Positions 8,075-17,093 of a DNA stretch of 64,000 nucleotides are shown here, in pieces (position 1 is the first letter of the stretch; every line of letters starts with the position of its first letter). The position numbers and the translations under genes are program-made. Below the pieces are notes generated by a model. It made no database searches, had not been told where the DNA came from, and saw only the letters and a list, made by a program, of their open reading frames with translations. Source of the stretch: a virus (lineage: Duplodnaviria; Heunggongvirae; Uroviricota; Caudoviricetes); the IMG/VR virus record IMGVR_UViG_3300049049_000146, positions 3,216-67,215 of that record; one strand, written 5' to 3'.

Positions 8075-8396
8075 TGGCAATCCTTTCCAGGACTACTCGG
8101 GCTCGCCTTGAAGGCTCGCTCGTCAGGAATCCTTTTCGCACACCGCTGATATACGGCACGCGAGTCTTGAACTGCGAGGCAGTCGGGTCGTAGACTCGTC
8201 CGGTCTTTGCGTCTCGCAGAAACCAATGCGGCAATCCCTCGTGCCGGATGAAGTACGAATGGTACTTGCCCGGGTTGAGATGGAATGCGACCTCGCAAGC
8301 CACGTAGCAATGGCCTGCAAATCGATTCGGATTCCCCTGGTATTCAGGGCGACGCAAATCGTCCGTGAGATACTTCGTGATATCTTTGGATCGCAT
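8061..8396 (-). CDS. YunG-like Cys-His-Asp (transglutaminase/papain-like) protein
   Basis: GHCYVACE..HWFL..YDPTASQF. Confidence 0.65.
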   Translation of the reverse strand: MRSKDITKYLTDDLRRPEYQGNPNRFAGHCYVACEVAFHLNPGKYHSYFIRHEGLPHWFLRDAKTGRVYDPTASQFKTRVPYISGVRKGFLTSEPSRRARVVLERIANERR

Positions 8397-8399
8397 GGC

Positions 8400-8430
8400 T
8401 TAAATGCGAAAGGGGCCCGAAGGCCCCTCT
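8400..8430 (-). terminator. terminator-like hairpin, tail TTTCGCATTTAAG
   Basis: AGGGGCC-TTCG-GGCCCCT (UUCG loop). Confidence 0.8.
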
Positions 8431-8432
8431 CG

Positions 8433-8855
8433 TCACGTCTTCTGGCGGAAGACCTGCGCGGCGTAGCAGCCGGGCCCCAGCGGAAGATCCCTCAGCGGGA
8501 GATCCTTGCACTGCTCGTCCACGTCCCAGCGTCCGCAGTCGAGCGGCTCGCCGAACCACTGACACGCGTCGTCGAATGCCGAATCGAAGCTGCGACGATT
8601 CGTCGCCACCCAATCCGGCTCGTCGTTCGTGTAATGGATGTACGTGTCGACCTCGCCTCCGTCGAAGGAATGCGTGATCGCCTCCCACCCCGTGAACGGT
8701 TGCGGCTTGGTTCGCATCATCTTCTCCATCTTGTGTGCGAGTTCGTTGAGAAGATTTGCGGACCCGGGCTTCCCTGTTGCAGCGAGAAGCCCGGCGTGAA
8801 TCCGCGCTCGGCCGATGAGATTCTCGGCCTCGTGGTCACGTCCGCAGGTACACAT
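8433..8855 (-). CDS. hypothetical protein
   Basis: TGATG coupling, start MCTCGR. Confidence 0.7.
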   Translation of the reverse strand: MCTCGRDHEAENLIGRARIHAGLLAATGKPGSANLLNELAHKMEKMMRTKPQPFTGWEAITHSFDGGEVDTYIHYTNDEPDWVATNRRSFDSAFDDACQWFGEPLDCGRWDVDEQCKDLPLRDLPLGPGCYAAQVFRQKT

Positions 8856-9286
8856 CAGCCGTACCGAACCTCGCCGAAGAGGCAGCACTGGAGGAATGCG
8901 TCCCCCGTGTCCGCGTCGTCGTCCTCGGAGAGGAATCGGCCCCACTGATAGGCCGCCTTCGTCGGCATCAGCGACAGGCCCCGCTGCACCGCCTCGAAAT
9001 CCAGCACGTAGGTGCGGTACTTCGCCGTGCCGTCCTCGTTCTCCTCGTCCTCGATTCGGTCCAGCAAGTCGGCGACGATGACCGCGCCGTCGGGGCACAG
9101 CGGATAGTCGATGTGCCTGTAGACCGTGTTGTCGCCGTCCTCGAAGTGCGACACCGGATTCGCCGGCTCCTTGAAATCCTCGATGCGGTACCAGTAGTTG
9201 GAGCCGCCCTCGAATGCCGAGCAGAGTAGCCCCGCGACGCGGCTCAGCTTGATGTCCGACGTGACCGAAATCGAATTCGTCTGCAT
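8855..9286 (-). CDS. conserved phage protein (AFEGGSNYW..DDADTGDAFLQCCLFGEVRYG)
   Basis: widely recurring phage motif, function unknown. Confidence 0.8.
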   Translation of the reverse strand: MQTNSISVTSDIKLSRVAGLLCSAFEGGSNYWYRIEDFKEPANPVSHFEDGDNTVYRHIDYPLCPDGAVIVADLLDRIEDEENEDGTAKYRTYVLDFEAVQRGLSLMPTKAAYQWGRFLSEDDDADTGDAFLQCCLFGEVRYG

Positions 9287-9300
9287 GTTCGTGGTTCCTT

Positions 9301-9696
9301 TCAGCGCTTGATGCCGAGCATCGGGAAGAGGATGTTCTCGACCTGGGTGGCGAAGTCGGGATTGTTGGGATTGTTGACGCGCTCCATGATGGCGTCGTAG
9401 AGACCGGAGTTCATCACGCGGCTCCACCAGTCGGGCGGATACGCTTCCTTCCGGCGCATCTTGAGCACGTTGCAGGTGTGCCGAAGCTGTGCGTAGTTCT
9501 CGCACTGCCCCAGCATCCGAAGCTCCTCGTCGGTGATGAGCGCCTTCTCGTCGAGCGTGCCCATTTCCTTGACGACCTTGTCGGCCGTCGTGCGCAGCCA
9601 GCGGAACAGCATCGCCTCCTGGTTCGCCTGGTCGCTCGGGTCCATGCCGTTCAGCGGCAGATTCGCCGGCTCGATTCGCAGATGCTTCGTGATCAT
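9301..9696 (-). CDS. hypothetical protein
   Basis: SD GGAGG, start MITKHL. Confidence 0.75.
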   Translation of the reverse strand: MITKHLRIEPANLPLNGMDPSDQANQEAMLFRWLRTTADKVVKEMGTLDEKALITDEELRMLGQCENYAQLRHTCNVLKMRRKEAYPPDWWSRVMNSGLYDAIMERVNNPNNPDFATQVENILFPMLGIKR

Positions 9697-9707
9697 CGGG
9701 GCCTCCC

Positions 9708-10112
9708 TCAGTGGTTCGGGCAGTCGTCTTCGATGCATTCGCACTTGGGCGTCTGGAACATTTCGACGTAGGCTCGGTGGGCCTCCATCGAAATCTCCGG
9801 CTTGATCGTCTCCCAGATGAATGCGGTCACCGCCTCCGGGAGAGTGCGGCCGTGCCAAAGCTCCACGGTGTCGTCCTCCGAGACGGCCTCGACTCGCCAG
9901 CCCCAATAGGCGTGGAGCCCGAGAACCGTCGGCTTCGGAATCATCGCCTGCATCAGCACGATTCCTTTGCAAGTGACGCAGTCTCGCATCGTCTTGCCAT
10001 CGATGTCGACCACCGTGTAGTCGTGTTCGATCGAGATCGTCGGACGGCGTGCTCCGGGATAGCACAACTCGACCATCCGCTTCACCTTCTTGACGTCGAT
10101 GATTTCGTTCAT
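9708..10112 (-). CDS. hypothetical protein
   Basis: SD GAGGAGG, promoter upstream. Confidence 0.8.
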   Translation of the reverse strand: MNEIIDVKKVKRMVELCYPGARRPTISIEHDYTVVDIDGKTMRDCVTCKGIVLMQAMIPKPTVLGLHAYWGWRVEAVSEDDTVELWHGRTLPEAVTAFIWETIKPEISMEAHRAYVEMFQTPKCECIEDDCPNH

Positions 10113-10133
10113 GTCGCCGTCCTCCTCGCTCAC

Positions 10134-10150
10134 TAGTATCGCTGGGCTTT
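10134..10150 (-). promoter_or_regulatory. phage promoter-like motif copy 11
   Basis: AAAGCCC-AGC-GATACTA. Confidence 0.85.
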
Positions 10151-10155
10151 ATCCC

Positions 10156-10189
10156 TTAAACGCCGAATGCCCCGGCGTTAGCCAGGGCA
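10156..10189 (-). terminator. terminator-like hairpin fused to promoter
   Basis: TGCCCTGGC-TAAC-GCCGGGGCA, tail TTCGGCGTTTAA. Confidence 0.75.
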
Positions 10190-10194
10190 CTCGA

Positions 10195-10506
10195 CTACTT
10201 GGTGCGGAGCGGAACGATGAACGCGAAGATCTTGTGATTGCTGGTTGGCTGGTCCCTGTCGAATCCGCATTCCGACTTCGGGTCGAAGCGCTTTGCACAC
10301 TGCATCATCGCCTCGAAATTACACACAGCCGTACAGACGTCGCATGACCACGGCCGGAATCCAGCGGGCAGAGGGTCGCCGAGATAATCCTTCCCGTCGC
10401 CTTTGCCTTGTTCGTGGCACGTCGAGCATTTCCCGCACGGCTGGAGCGGACCCTTTTCGGATACGCTCCAGTACGTGCAGGAATCATCGGTCGAAGGATT
10501 CTTCAC
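10195..10506 (-). CDS. Cys-rich putative zinc-binding protein
   Basis: GTGA overlap; CGKCSTC and CDVC..VC. Confidence 0.65.
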   Translation of the reverse strand: MKNPSTDDSCTYWSVSEKGPLQPCGKCSTCHEQGKGDGKDYLGDPLPAGFRPWSCDVCTAVCNFEAMMQCAKRFDPKSECGFDRDQPTSNHKIFAFIVPLRTK

Positions 10507-10979
10507 GCTGCCCGCGTTGCCGCTCGGTGCTGCTCCATGAAGTGCTGGCGGAGCGGCGAGATGTACAGGCAGATCCAGCGGTCCCCGATTCGCCGGCCGC
10601 CCGGCCCGAGCATCGTCACCGCGCAGACGTCGACCAGGGCGCTCCAGCACTCGCGCTTCTCCTCGGGCGTCAGCAGATCGGGCTGAGCGATCTTCGCGGC
10701 CAGCGGGTGCCTCTCGTTCAGCACCCACCGGAGGATTTCCGGCCAGCCGTCCTCGCCGCTCTGGAGCGGGTGCTTGCCGTTGGAGACGCGGATCTCCAGC
10801 GCTCGGATGACGGCGTCCTCCATCAGCCTCGCATTCGTCCGGGGCGTGAGCCGCTGGAGGATTTCGTCCATGATCGATTCGCACCACGGCGGAACCTCGT
10901 AGTTGTCGTTGAAGCGGGTCGGCGGTCGGGCCAGGATTTCCTGAGCCTTGGCGCGGATCTTCTCGTTCATCGTCGACAT
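10503..10979 (-). CDS. hypothetical protein
   Basis: SD AGGAGG, leader hairpin, promoter. Confidence 0.8.
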   Translation of the reverse strand: MSTMNEKIRAKAQEILARPPTRFNDNYEVPPWCESIMDEILQRLTPRTNARLMEDAVIRALEIRVSNGKHPLQSGEDGWPEILRWVLNERHPLAAKIAQPDLLTPEEKRECWSALVDVCAVTMLGPGGRRIGDRWICLYISPLRQHFMEQHRAATRAA

Positions 10980-11015
10980 TTCGCTATCCTCCTGAGGCAA
11001 CCTAGCCTCGGCCAC

Positions 11016-11032
11016 TAACATCGATGGAGTTT
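11016..11032 (-). promoter_or_regulatory. phage promoter-like motif copy 12
   Basis: AAACTCC-ATC-GATGTTA. Confidence 0.75.
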
Positions 11033-11076
11033 TAGCTAAGCCTCGCTCAGTTAAAAGGCCGCGGCGGAAACGGCGC

Positions 11077-11628
11077 TCAGAGGAACTCGAAGCCTCGACG
11101 GGGCGACTGCGTCTGCGAGAGGCCGAGGCGCTCGGCCACCTGCTCCATCGTGAATCCGTAGAAGTTGATCAGAAGGACGCCCTTGCCATCCGGACCGTAC
11201 GGCTTGGAATCGCAGTCGTTCATGTCGCGAATCTCGGGATGGCCGATATCCGAGTTACCCCGGAGATCATCCTCGCCGTTCTCGTTCGTGGGAATGTTGG
11301 CGTCGGCCCACGGCGTGAGAATCGATGCCACGAGTCGCTCCAGGTCGATTTCGTCTTCGGAACGCTCGTACCACTCCAGATTCTCTCGGCTCCAGTTGAT
11401 TCGCGGGTCCTCGATCACCATGTCGATTCGCGTGCCGGTCTCCCATACGCGCTCACCGTCCGACCAGTCGAGATCCGTTCGGCTTCGGTCGGAGCACTTG
11501 GATTCCTCGTCGCTCCACAGACGGCACAGGTGGGCGCTCACCACCTTGAAGGGAAATCCCTTGCTGTTGAACCATGCGGCGACGTCGATCGCATCATCGT
11601 CACCGTAGTTGAGCGGGTACTTGTTCAT
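11077..11628 (-). CDS. hypothetical protein
   Basis: SD AGGAGG. Confidence 0.8.
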   Translation of the reverse strand: MNKYPLNYGDDDAIDVAAWFNSKGFPFKVVSAHLCRLWSDEESKCSDRSRTDLDWSDGERVWETGTRIDMVIEDPRINWSRENLEWYERSEDEIDLERLVASILTPWADANIPTNENGEDDLRGNSDIGHPEIRDMNDCDSKPYGPDGKGVLLINFYGFTMEQVAERLGLSQTQSPRRGFEFL

Positions 11629-11909
11629 CGGATCCTCCTGAGGATTTCGATCAGAGGTTGAACATCGTCCTGATTCCCACGGGGCTCGTCGAGCACGACG
11701 ATGCCAGGGGAATACTCTCGTGCAAGCAGGGGCATCGAAATGTCCGCGTCTCCACGGACAATTACGACACTTCGCTCTTGCTTGGGCTGAGGAAGCTCGG
11801 GAAGCTCTAGTTCCGGAAAGATGAACGGGAAAGGAAATAGTTGTCGCTCCGGCTCAGCAAGCGCGCACAGGATTTGTACGCGCTCGATGTATCGTTGAGT
11901 CCTACTCAC
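11625..11909 (-). CDS. hypothetical protein
   Basis: fills gap, ATGA overlap with next gene. Confidence 0.55.
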   Translation of the reverse strand: MSRTQRYIERVQILCALAEPERQLFPFPFIFPELELPELPQPKQERSVVIVRGDADISMPLLAREYSPGIVVLDEPRGNQDDVQPLIEILRRIR

Positions 11910-12270
11910 GAGCCGGTCCGACGACGCGAGGGAACACCTCGAATGCCACGCACTTCCGAGTCAGCTTGCCGTCGTCGTCGCTGACAAGAATGTCCTCGTT
12001 GTACGGCAGGTATTCGACGGGAGCCTTCGGGTCGACGAAGTAGTTGTACCCCGATTCGTGCTTCTCTCCGTCGGCGCCGATGTTCGGAGTCCACGCCCAC
12101 AGAGCGTGAGTCTGCGTCGGCCCCGTCGGCGTCACGATGCAGAATGCCGGCTGACTGTAGGTGTTGTCGTCGGTGTTGAAGAATCGCACCCAATACAGGC
12201 CGGGAACCGGATCGTTGGTCCAGCCGGTGTCGGGGAGCTTGAGACCAGGGGCGGAAATCGGTGCGGTCAT
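11902..12270 (-). CDS. hypothetical protein
   Basis: start MTAPIS after upstream stop. Confidence 0.7.
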   Translation of the reverse strand: MTAPISAPGLKLPDTGWTNDPVPGLYWVRFFNTDDNTYSQPAFCIVTPTGPTQTHALWAWTPNIGADGEKHESGYNYFVDPKAPVEYLPYNEDILVSDDDGKLTRKCVAFEVFPRVVGPARE

Positions 12271-12272
12271 GG

Positions 12273-12785
12273 TTAGAGCCCTTCCTTTTCGAGCCACGGC
12301 TTCACGACCGTGTCTTGGTAATTCTGCCACTCTTCGCGGGAGATTCGGATGAACGGCTGGTACTCAGTGAACCCACCGCCCCGCATGTGAGATTCGTATT
12401 TCATCTGCTCGATGAACGGATGGTCCGGAGGAATCACTGCAACGTGCGGAACCTCGGGGTGATGAGGATAGCCCGTCGCCGCAGCGATTTGATCCGGGTG
12501 GGTACGAGGGCCTTCGATGAACTGGCGAATCGTAGGATCGATGATCCAACCATTCTCCAGAATCACGAAGTGATGCGACTCGTCCAGGCAAGCACCGCCC
12601 CACAGTCCGTCACACTGCGAACTGTAGGTGAAGTATCCGATGCCTTCGGAGTCGAGAATCTCCTCCGCAAGCTCGGTGACTTCGACGCAGCCGCCATCCC
12701 ACACTCCATCACAGTAATCGTCACGATAGAAGATGGCGGCGTCGCCGATACGCTTGAGGACGTCGAGAGGAATCGGGAGGTCCAT
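12273..12785 (-). CDS. transglutaminase-like Cys-His-Asp protein
   Basis: GGCVEVT..HHFVILENGWIIDPTIRQF. Confidence 0.6.
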   Translation of the reverse strand: MDLPIPLDVLKRIGDAAIFYRDDYCDGVWDGGCVEVTELAEEILDSEGIGYFTYSSQCDGLWGGACLDESHHFVILENGWIIDPTIRQFIEGPRTHPDQIAAATGYPHHPEVPHVAVIPPDHPFIEQMKYESHMRGGGFTEYQPFIRISREEWQNYQDTVVKPWLEKEGL

Positions 12786-13309
12786 CAGATGATTCCGTCC
12801 CGGAGGAGCGTCTCGAATCGCTCCCGTGCCGCCTTCTCACGGGCAGCCGAATGATCGTCCTCGCTGTGTTCCTTGCGCTTGATCTGCTCGTAGTCGTCCC
12901 ACGTCCAGACGTACTCCGGCTCGTCCGACATGATGGCGCCGAAGTTGTACTTGCGGCCCCAATGCATGCAGATCAGTTGCGCAAGCATTTCCTGAATCTC
13001 GGCCTCGTCTTTGTCGACGACGTCCCACACGAATGCCTGTCCGTACAGGGCTCCGTAGCCCAGCCCGAACTCGGGAAGGTCGCGCTGCTCCGGGGCCGCT
13101 GCCACGAAATGCGCTACCTCGTGAGCGACGTCGTGGTCCGACAGCGGCGTCAGTCCCTTGATGGCCCGCTTTTCGAGGCGGCCGTACCACCAGAGTCGCA
13201 CATTCTTTCCGTCGTAGATGTGCTTGCGCCAGATCAGCTTGGACAGTAGGCCGACACCATATCGGCCCGCCAGCATTTCCACTGCGGGATGAAGCGGGTG
13301 GTCGAGCAT
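12785..13309 (-). CDS. HExxH protein resembling EF-P hydroxylase EpmC/YfcM
   Basis: AHEVAHFVAAAPEQRDLPEFGLGY versus recalled HEIAHWCIAG..RR.L.DFGY. Confidence 0.5.
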   Translation of the reverse strand: MLDHPLHPAVEMLAGRYGVGLLSKLIWRKHIYDGKNVRLWWYGRLEKRAIKGLTPLSDHDVAHEVAHFVAAAPEQRDLPEFGLGYGALYGQAFVWDVVDKDEAEIQEMLAQLICMHWGRKYNFGAIMSDEPEYVWTWDDYEQIKRKEHSEDDHSAAREKAARERFETLLRDGII

Positions 13310-13310
13310 T

Positions 13311-13508
13311 TCAGCCTCCCAGGTATTCGCGGTAGTAGCCGCGCCACTCCTTGAAATCCCACCCCATCTCGTGCATGTCGCGCAGACTCCAGAAGAACGT
13401 CCAGACTTCCTGGTCGTCCTGGAATTCACACGCGACCTTCGTGATGAAGTTGTACCAGCGATCCTCGTCGAGAATCAGGGCGAAGAAGGTGAGTGTTTCG
13501 AGGTTCAC
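13311..13508 (-). CDS. hypothetical protein
   Basis: GTGA overlap. Confidence 0.65.
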   Translation of the reverse strand: MNLETLTFFALILDEDRWYNFITKVACEFQDDQEVWTFFWSLRDMHEMGWDFKEWRGYYREYLGG

Positions 13509-14065
13509 GACGTGGCTCCGATCAGAATCGTGCGGGCCCTCTGGCCGACGATGCTGGAGAACATTTCCTCCGTCAAGCTCTCGCCGGCATCGATGATGCG
13601 CCGCGCCAGCTTCGCATCGATTCCGAACTTCGCCATCTCTCGCATCGTGGCGTTGCGGAAATACTCGACGCCCACTCGCGCCTCGCTGATCGCCTGCTCC
13701 CACGGGTCGTCCCACAGCGGGCAGAATCCCGCAGCGGCGTACTCGAACTGCTCGATCTGCTGGCGCTTCGCGTCGACTCGACGCATCACCGCCTCGCGGA
13801 TTCGAGGATTGTTCTGGATGAGATCGTGCAGGTGCAGCGCCGAGAAGACGCGCTCACGCTCGGCCTCGGCGTCCGCCGCGTCGCGCTCCGCCTCCGCCAT
13901 GAGACGGAGACCATCGGCGCAAAGCTCCTGCGTCGTCGTGATGGTGAGCAGCATCTGCATTCCGAAAAGGAATGCGACGAACCCCGCCACGATCACGGTG
14001 AGGGTCGTCGTGAAGGTGTCGATCGAGCCGATGTGAATCATCGAGAGCATCGTGTCGGTGATCAT
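13505..14065 (-). CDS. membrane-anchored coiled-coil protein
   Basis: hydrophobic N-terminal helix; SD, leader hairpin, promoter. Confidence 0.75.
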   Translation of the reverse strand: MITDTMLSMIHIGSIDTFTTTLTVIVAGFVAFLFGMQMLLTITTTQELCADGLRLMAEAERDAADAEAERERVFSALHLHDLIQNNPRIREAVMRRVDAKRQQIEQFEYAAAGFCPLWDDPWEQAISEARVGVEYFRNATMREMAKFGIDAKLARRIIDAGESLTEEMFSSIVGQRARTILIGATS

Positions 14066-14102
14066 CGCTAAATCCTCCTGAGGCCACAGCGACCTCGGCA
14101 TT

Positions 14103-14119
14103 TAGCATCGGCGGGGTTT
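14103..14119 (-). promoter_or_regulatory. phage promoter-like motif copy 13
   Basis: AAACCCC-GCC-GATGCTA. Confidence 0.85.
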
Positions 14120-14125
14120 TGGCCC

Positions 14126-14163
14126 TTAAACGCGAACGCGCTCCCAGGTTTCCCTGAGAGCGC
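14126..14163 (-). terminator. terminator-like hairpin fused to promoter
   Basis: GCGCTCTCAGG-GAAA-CCTGGGAGCGC, tail GTTCGCGTTTAA. Confidence 0.8.
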
Positions 14164-14172
14164 CTTCGACAT

Positions 14173-14475
14173 TCACTCCGACTTCACGACCTTCCAGTAG
14201 TCGAACCGCATGTGCGGCGGCATCACTCGATGGAAACCGAGGCTCAGGAAATCACCGAGGATCAGCTGAGCCTCCGAATCCGAATCGGCGTACACCTGGA
14301 ACTCCGCCGTGACGGTTCGGATGCCGGTCTTTACCGGAGCACCGAATCCCCTCTCGGGAATCGGTAGCCTGCGGTCGACCTCTTCGAGCAGCTTCGGGTC
14401 GGGAATGTTTCCCGTGACTCCGCAGGAAACCAGATTCCGAATCAGGTCGCTCGTCTTCATGTCCTTGTAGCTCAT
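14173..14475 (-). CDS. hypothetical protein
   Basis: SD GGAGG, ATGA overlap. Confidence 0.75.
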   Translation of the reverse strand: MSYKDMKTSDLIRNLVSCGVTGNIPDPKLLEEVDRRLPIPERGFGAPVKTGIRTVTAEFQVYADSDSEAQLILGDFLSLGFHRVMPPHMRFDYWKVVKSE

Positions 14476-14660
14476 GCGAGAACCTCCTCCGGCCATGCGT
14501 CGGTCTCGAATCCATCGCTGAATCGGATCCGAAACATCGGTAGACATTCCTCGTCGTGCGTTTCGTCGGGCTCCGTGATCTCACGAATCACGGTGAACTC
14601 CTGGCCCACCCTGTCCTTGTACTGCGAGTACGGCGAAGAGAAATGCGTACGGTACTTCAC
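14472..14660 (-). CDS. conserved phage protein (F.SPY..Y..R.GQ.F..LPMF.IRF.DG..AWPEE)
   Basis: GTGA overlap; recurring phage motif. Confidence 0.75.
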   Translation of the reverse strand: MKYRTHFSSPYSQYKDRVGQEFTVIREITEPDETHDEECLPMFRIRFSDGFETDAWPEEVLA

Positions 14661-15040
14661 GCCGCATTCCTTTCGGCCCACCACGCCTTCCAGGCGGTGT
14701 TGAACGGCTCGTAGAAGAGCGTCGATCCGTCCCAGACCTGGACGAGATCCCCGCGCTCACCATCGTAGAGGACCTTCGAGAAATCCTCCGACCACTTCGC
14801 GCCGACCAGCTTGCCGCCGATCGTCTGCTTGTTGAACACCTCGACCACCTCCCGCGAGGGGAATTCGTGGAAGAGATTGTGGTCACGGTGCGTCACGGTG
14901 CCGATCAGGGCGATGACCTGCGGCAAGTAATCCTTGCTGCTGTTCCGGATGTGACAGCCGGTGCGAATGCGGTAGAGCTTGCCCTCGTACTCGTACTCGG
15001 ATTCGCAGTCGTAGCTCACCTTGAACTTGGGCTCGGTCAT
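14657..15040 (-). CDS. hypothetical protein
   Basis: ATGA overlap, SD. Confidence 0.75.
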   Translation of the reverse strand: MTEPKFKVSYDCESEYEYEGKLYRIRTGCHIRNSSKDYLPQVIALIGTVTHRDHNLFHEFPSREVVEVFNKQTIGGKLVGAKWSEDFSKVLYDGERGDLVQVWDGSTLFYEPFNTAWKAWWAERNAA

Positions 15041-15246
15041 TCGTCCTCCAGTTCGATCTCTTGGATCTGAATCTTGACGTCGTGGATTTCGTTGAACCCG
15101 CCGCGGTCTTCCTCGGCGAGAGCCTTGAACGTCGGGACGTACTCTTCTGCACGTTCCCTGGTGCGGAATGCTTTCCGGGAAATGAGTTGACCCATGCCCT
15201 CCAGGTGTCGGAGCGGGCCCTTCGCAATCAGGATGTGTACCTTCAT
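15037..15246 (-). CDS. hypothetical protein
   Basis: SD TAAGGA. Confidence 0.75.
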   Translation of the reverse strand: MKVHILIAKGPLRHLEGMGQLISRKAFRTRERAEEYVPTFKALAEEDRGGFNEIHDVKIQIQEIELEDE

Positions 15247-15264
15247 GGCGCGTCCTTAACGCCC

Positions 15265-15296
15265 GAAAGGGCCCAGGTTTTACCCTGAGCCCTTTC
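15265..15296 (-). terminator. terminator-like hairpin
   Basis: AAAGGGCTCAGG-GTAAAA-CCTGGGCCCTTT. Confidence 0.75.
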
Positions 15297-15301
15297 GTTC
15301 G

Positions 15302-15490
15302 TCAGCCCATCAGCTTCACGCGGCCGTTGTCGATGCCGCAGAGAATCTCCTCACGGGAGAAGTGCTGAACCTTGCGCCCTCGGTAGCGGCGCAGCCTCAC
15401 CTGACGTGGGCCGGAGGCCACGACGACCATCGTCGTCGGCTCCTCCGCACCCACCGGGTGAATCATCACCTTCTGCCTCAGCTTGAGCAT
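15302..15490 (-). CDS. small SH3-like hypothetical protein
   Basis: SD GAGGAGG. Confidence 0.7.
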   Translation of the reverse strand: MLKLRQKVMIHPVGAEEPTTMVVVASGPRQVRLRRYRGRKVQHFSREEILCGIDNGRVKLMG

Positions 15491-15500
15491 CGTTCCCTCC

Positions 15501-15848
15501 TCAGCGAGGATTGCGCACCGACGGGTACTCGCTCACCGGGACGTCCTCGCCCACCGCCAGTCGCTTGCAGATGTCGTAGCACCGCGACCAATCGCTGGCG
15601 TCGTCGGCGATGACGGCGACTCGCGTCAACTCCCCGATCTTCGTGGCGTACATCACGGCGATCGGGTGGCGGTTCACGAAATCCGTCCCCTTGCCCTCCG
15701 CACGAGCGTGATCCCAGAGATGCCGCGTCACCTCGGAGAAGCTGTGGACGACCCCGCTCAGGTTGCAGGCGTCGAGCACGTCGATGGCACGCTGCGCCTC
15801 ACGCTTGAGGTTCGTCTTGACGATGTTCATCTCGTCGATCTGCTGCAT
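15501..15848 (-). CDS. hypothetical protein
   Basis: SD, leader hairpin, promoter. Confidence 0.8.
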   Translation of the reverse strand: MQQIDEMNIVKTNLKREAQRAIDVLDACNLSGVVHSFSEVTRHLWDHARAEGKGTDFVNRHPIAVMYATKIGELTRVAVIADDASDWSRCYDICKRLAVGEDVPVSEYPSVRNPR

Positions 15849-15884
15849 CGCTGTATCCTCCTGAGGCAACGTTGCCTCGCTGAT

Positions 15885-15901
15885 TAGCATCGATGGGCTT
15901 T
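15885..15901 (-). promoter_or_regulatory. phage promoter-like motif copy 14
   Basis: AAAGCCC-ATC-GATGCTA. Confidence 0.85.
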
Positions 15902-15908
15902 TGCCCTA

Positions 15909-16403
15909 TCAGGTTGCCTTCGGCTTGCTTTCCTCGGCAGGCCAGAGAGTCTTGATCCAGTTGCGAGCGTGGTCCTTCGTGATGAAGAACGCCCAATCAT
16001 TCTCGACGTCCCACCAGCCGACGTAGTCGTCCCGCTTCTTATTGAGCCAGTCGTCTCCGATGAACGTGTCGAAGATTCGCGTCGCTTCCTTGAGACGCAT
16101 CTTCTGATTCTGCCGGCTGTTCAGCTGGTCACGGAAGAGAAGCTCGGCGACCTCGTGGTATTCGGCGGGGCCGACGTACCAGACGACGTACTGGTTGACC
16201 TTGATGCGCTTCGGCTCGGCGATCTTCGGCATCGCACGGATTCTCTTGAGCGATGCCGGCAGGGCGCCCCACTCGAACTCCGACGAGCCCATGTAGTCCA
16301 TCATGAAGAAGCGATCGACGCCCTTGGCTCCCTCGCGGGGCTTGCCGTCGTACGTCTTCTGGAGTCGCTGGATCAGGTGGGGCGCCTTCTTCTGCTCAGT
16401 CAT
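15909..16403 (-). CDS. conserved phage protein (DYMGSSEFEWGALP family)
   Basis: motif; paralog at 34055-34858. Confidence 0.8.
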   Translation of the reverse strand: MTEQKKAPHLIQRLQKTYDGKPREGAKGVDRFFMMDYMGSSEFEWGALPASLKRIRAMPKIAEPKRIKVNQYVVWYVGPAEYHEVAELLFRDQLNSRQNQKMRLKEATRIFDTFIGDDWLNKKRDDYVGWWDVENDWAFFITKDHARNWIKTLWPAEESKPKAT

Positions 16404-16860
16404 TGTGACTCTCCTCGCAATCCGTGCAGATGTCGACGTTCCGGCCCGGAATGTAGTGGTCGCTGCACACCTTGAATCCGCAGCAATCACAGGTGATGTC
16501 GTCGTGCTCGTTCTTACAGCCGCTCACTCCGCACTGCGGAACGATGGCCGCCCCTTCCTTGATGGTCGCGTTCGGCGCTCTCGACGCAGCACGGTTGAGA
16601 GCGTGCTGCATGTCCTCCGCACGGAAGGTGAATTCGACCTGGTTGTTCTCGTCCGCCACCCAGAAGATGGGCTTGCCGTCACCCCAATAGGTGCCGAGCC
16701 GGTCGTAGCCCTGCGGGTCGAGTCCGACGTACTTCACGTAGAGCGTGCCGGTGAACGTCGAGGCGTCGCCTCGCGGACCGCCACGCCCAAGCGCCGCACC
16801 GCGCCGAGGATCACCGCACCATCCCTTGGGATCGTTGTGCTCGTAGCTGGGCTCGGTCAT
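16396..16860 (-). CDS. conserved phage protein (GAALGR..GYD..G.YWG) with C-terminal Cys cluster
   Basis: recurring phage motif; ATGA overlap. Confidence 0.75.
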   Translation of the reverse strand: MTEPSYEHNDPKGWCGDPRRGAALGRGGPRGDASTFTGTLYVKYVGLDPQGYDRLGTYWGDGKPIFWVADENNQVEFTFRAEDMQHALNRAASRAPNATIKEGAAIVPQCGVSGCKNEHDDITCDCCGFKVCSDHYIPGRNVDICTDCEESHND

Positions 16861-17093
16861 TCGTCGTCTCCCTTGTACTCCCATTCCTTCGGGAGTTCCG
16901 GATTCCATTTCACGTTCTCGATGTGAGGCAGAACACCCTGCATTGCATCGAGAAGCCCGAGAATGCGCTGGGCATTCTTCTTCGGGTCCCGAGCAATCTC
17001 TTCGAGAATGTTCTGAGCCTCGCCACGAATCGCCCCGATCTGAGCGTACAGCTGATCTCGGGGCGATTCCTGTCCGTAGTGGCGCTTCGACAT
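16857..17093 (-). CDS. hypothetical protein
   Basis: coupled ORF. Confidence 0.7.
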   Translation of the reverse strand: MSKRHYGQESPRDQLYAQIGAIRGEAQNILEEIARDPKKNAQRILGLLDAMQGVLPHIENVKWNPELPKEWEYKGDDE

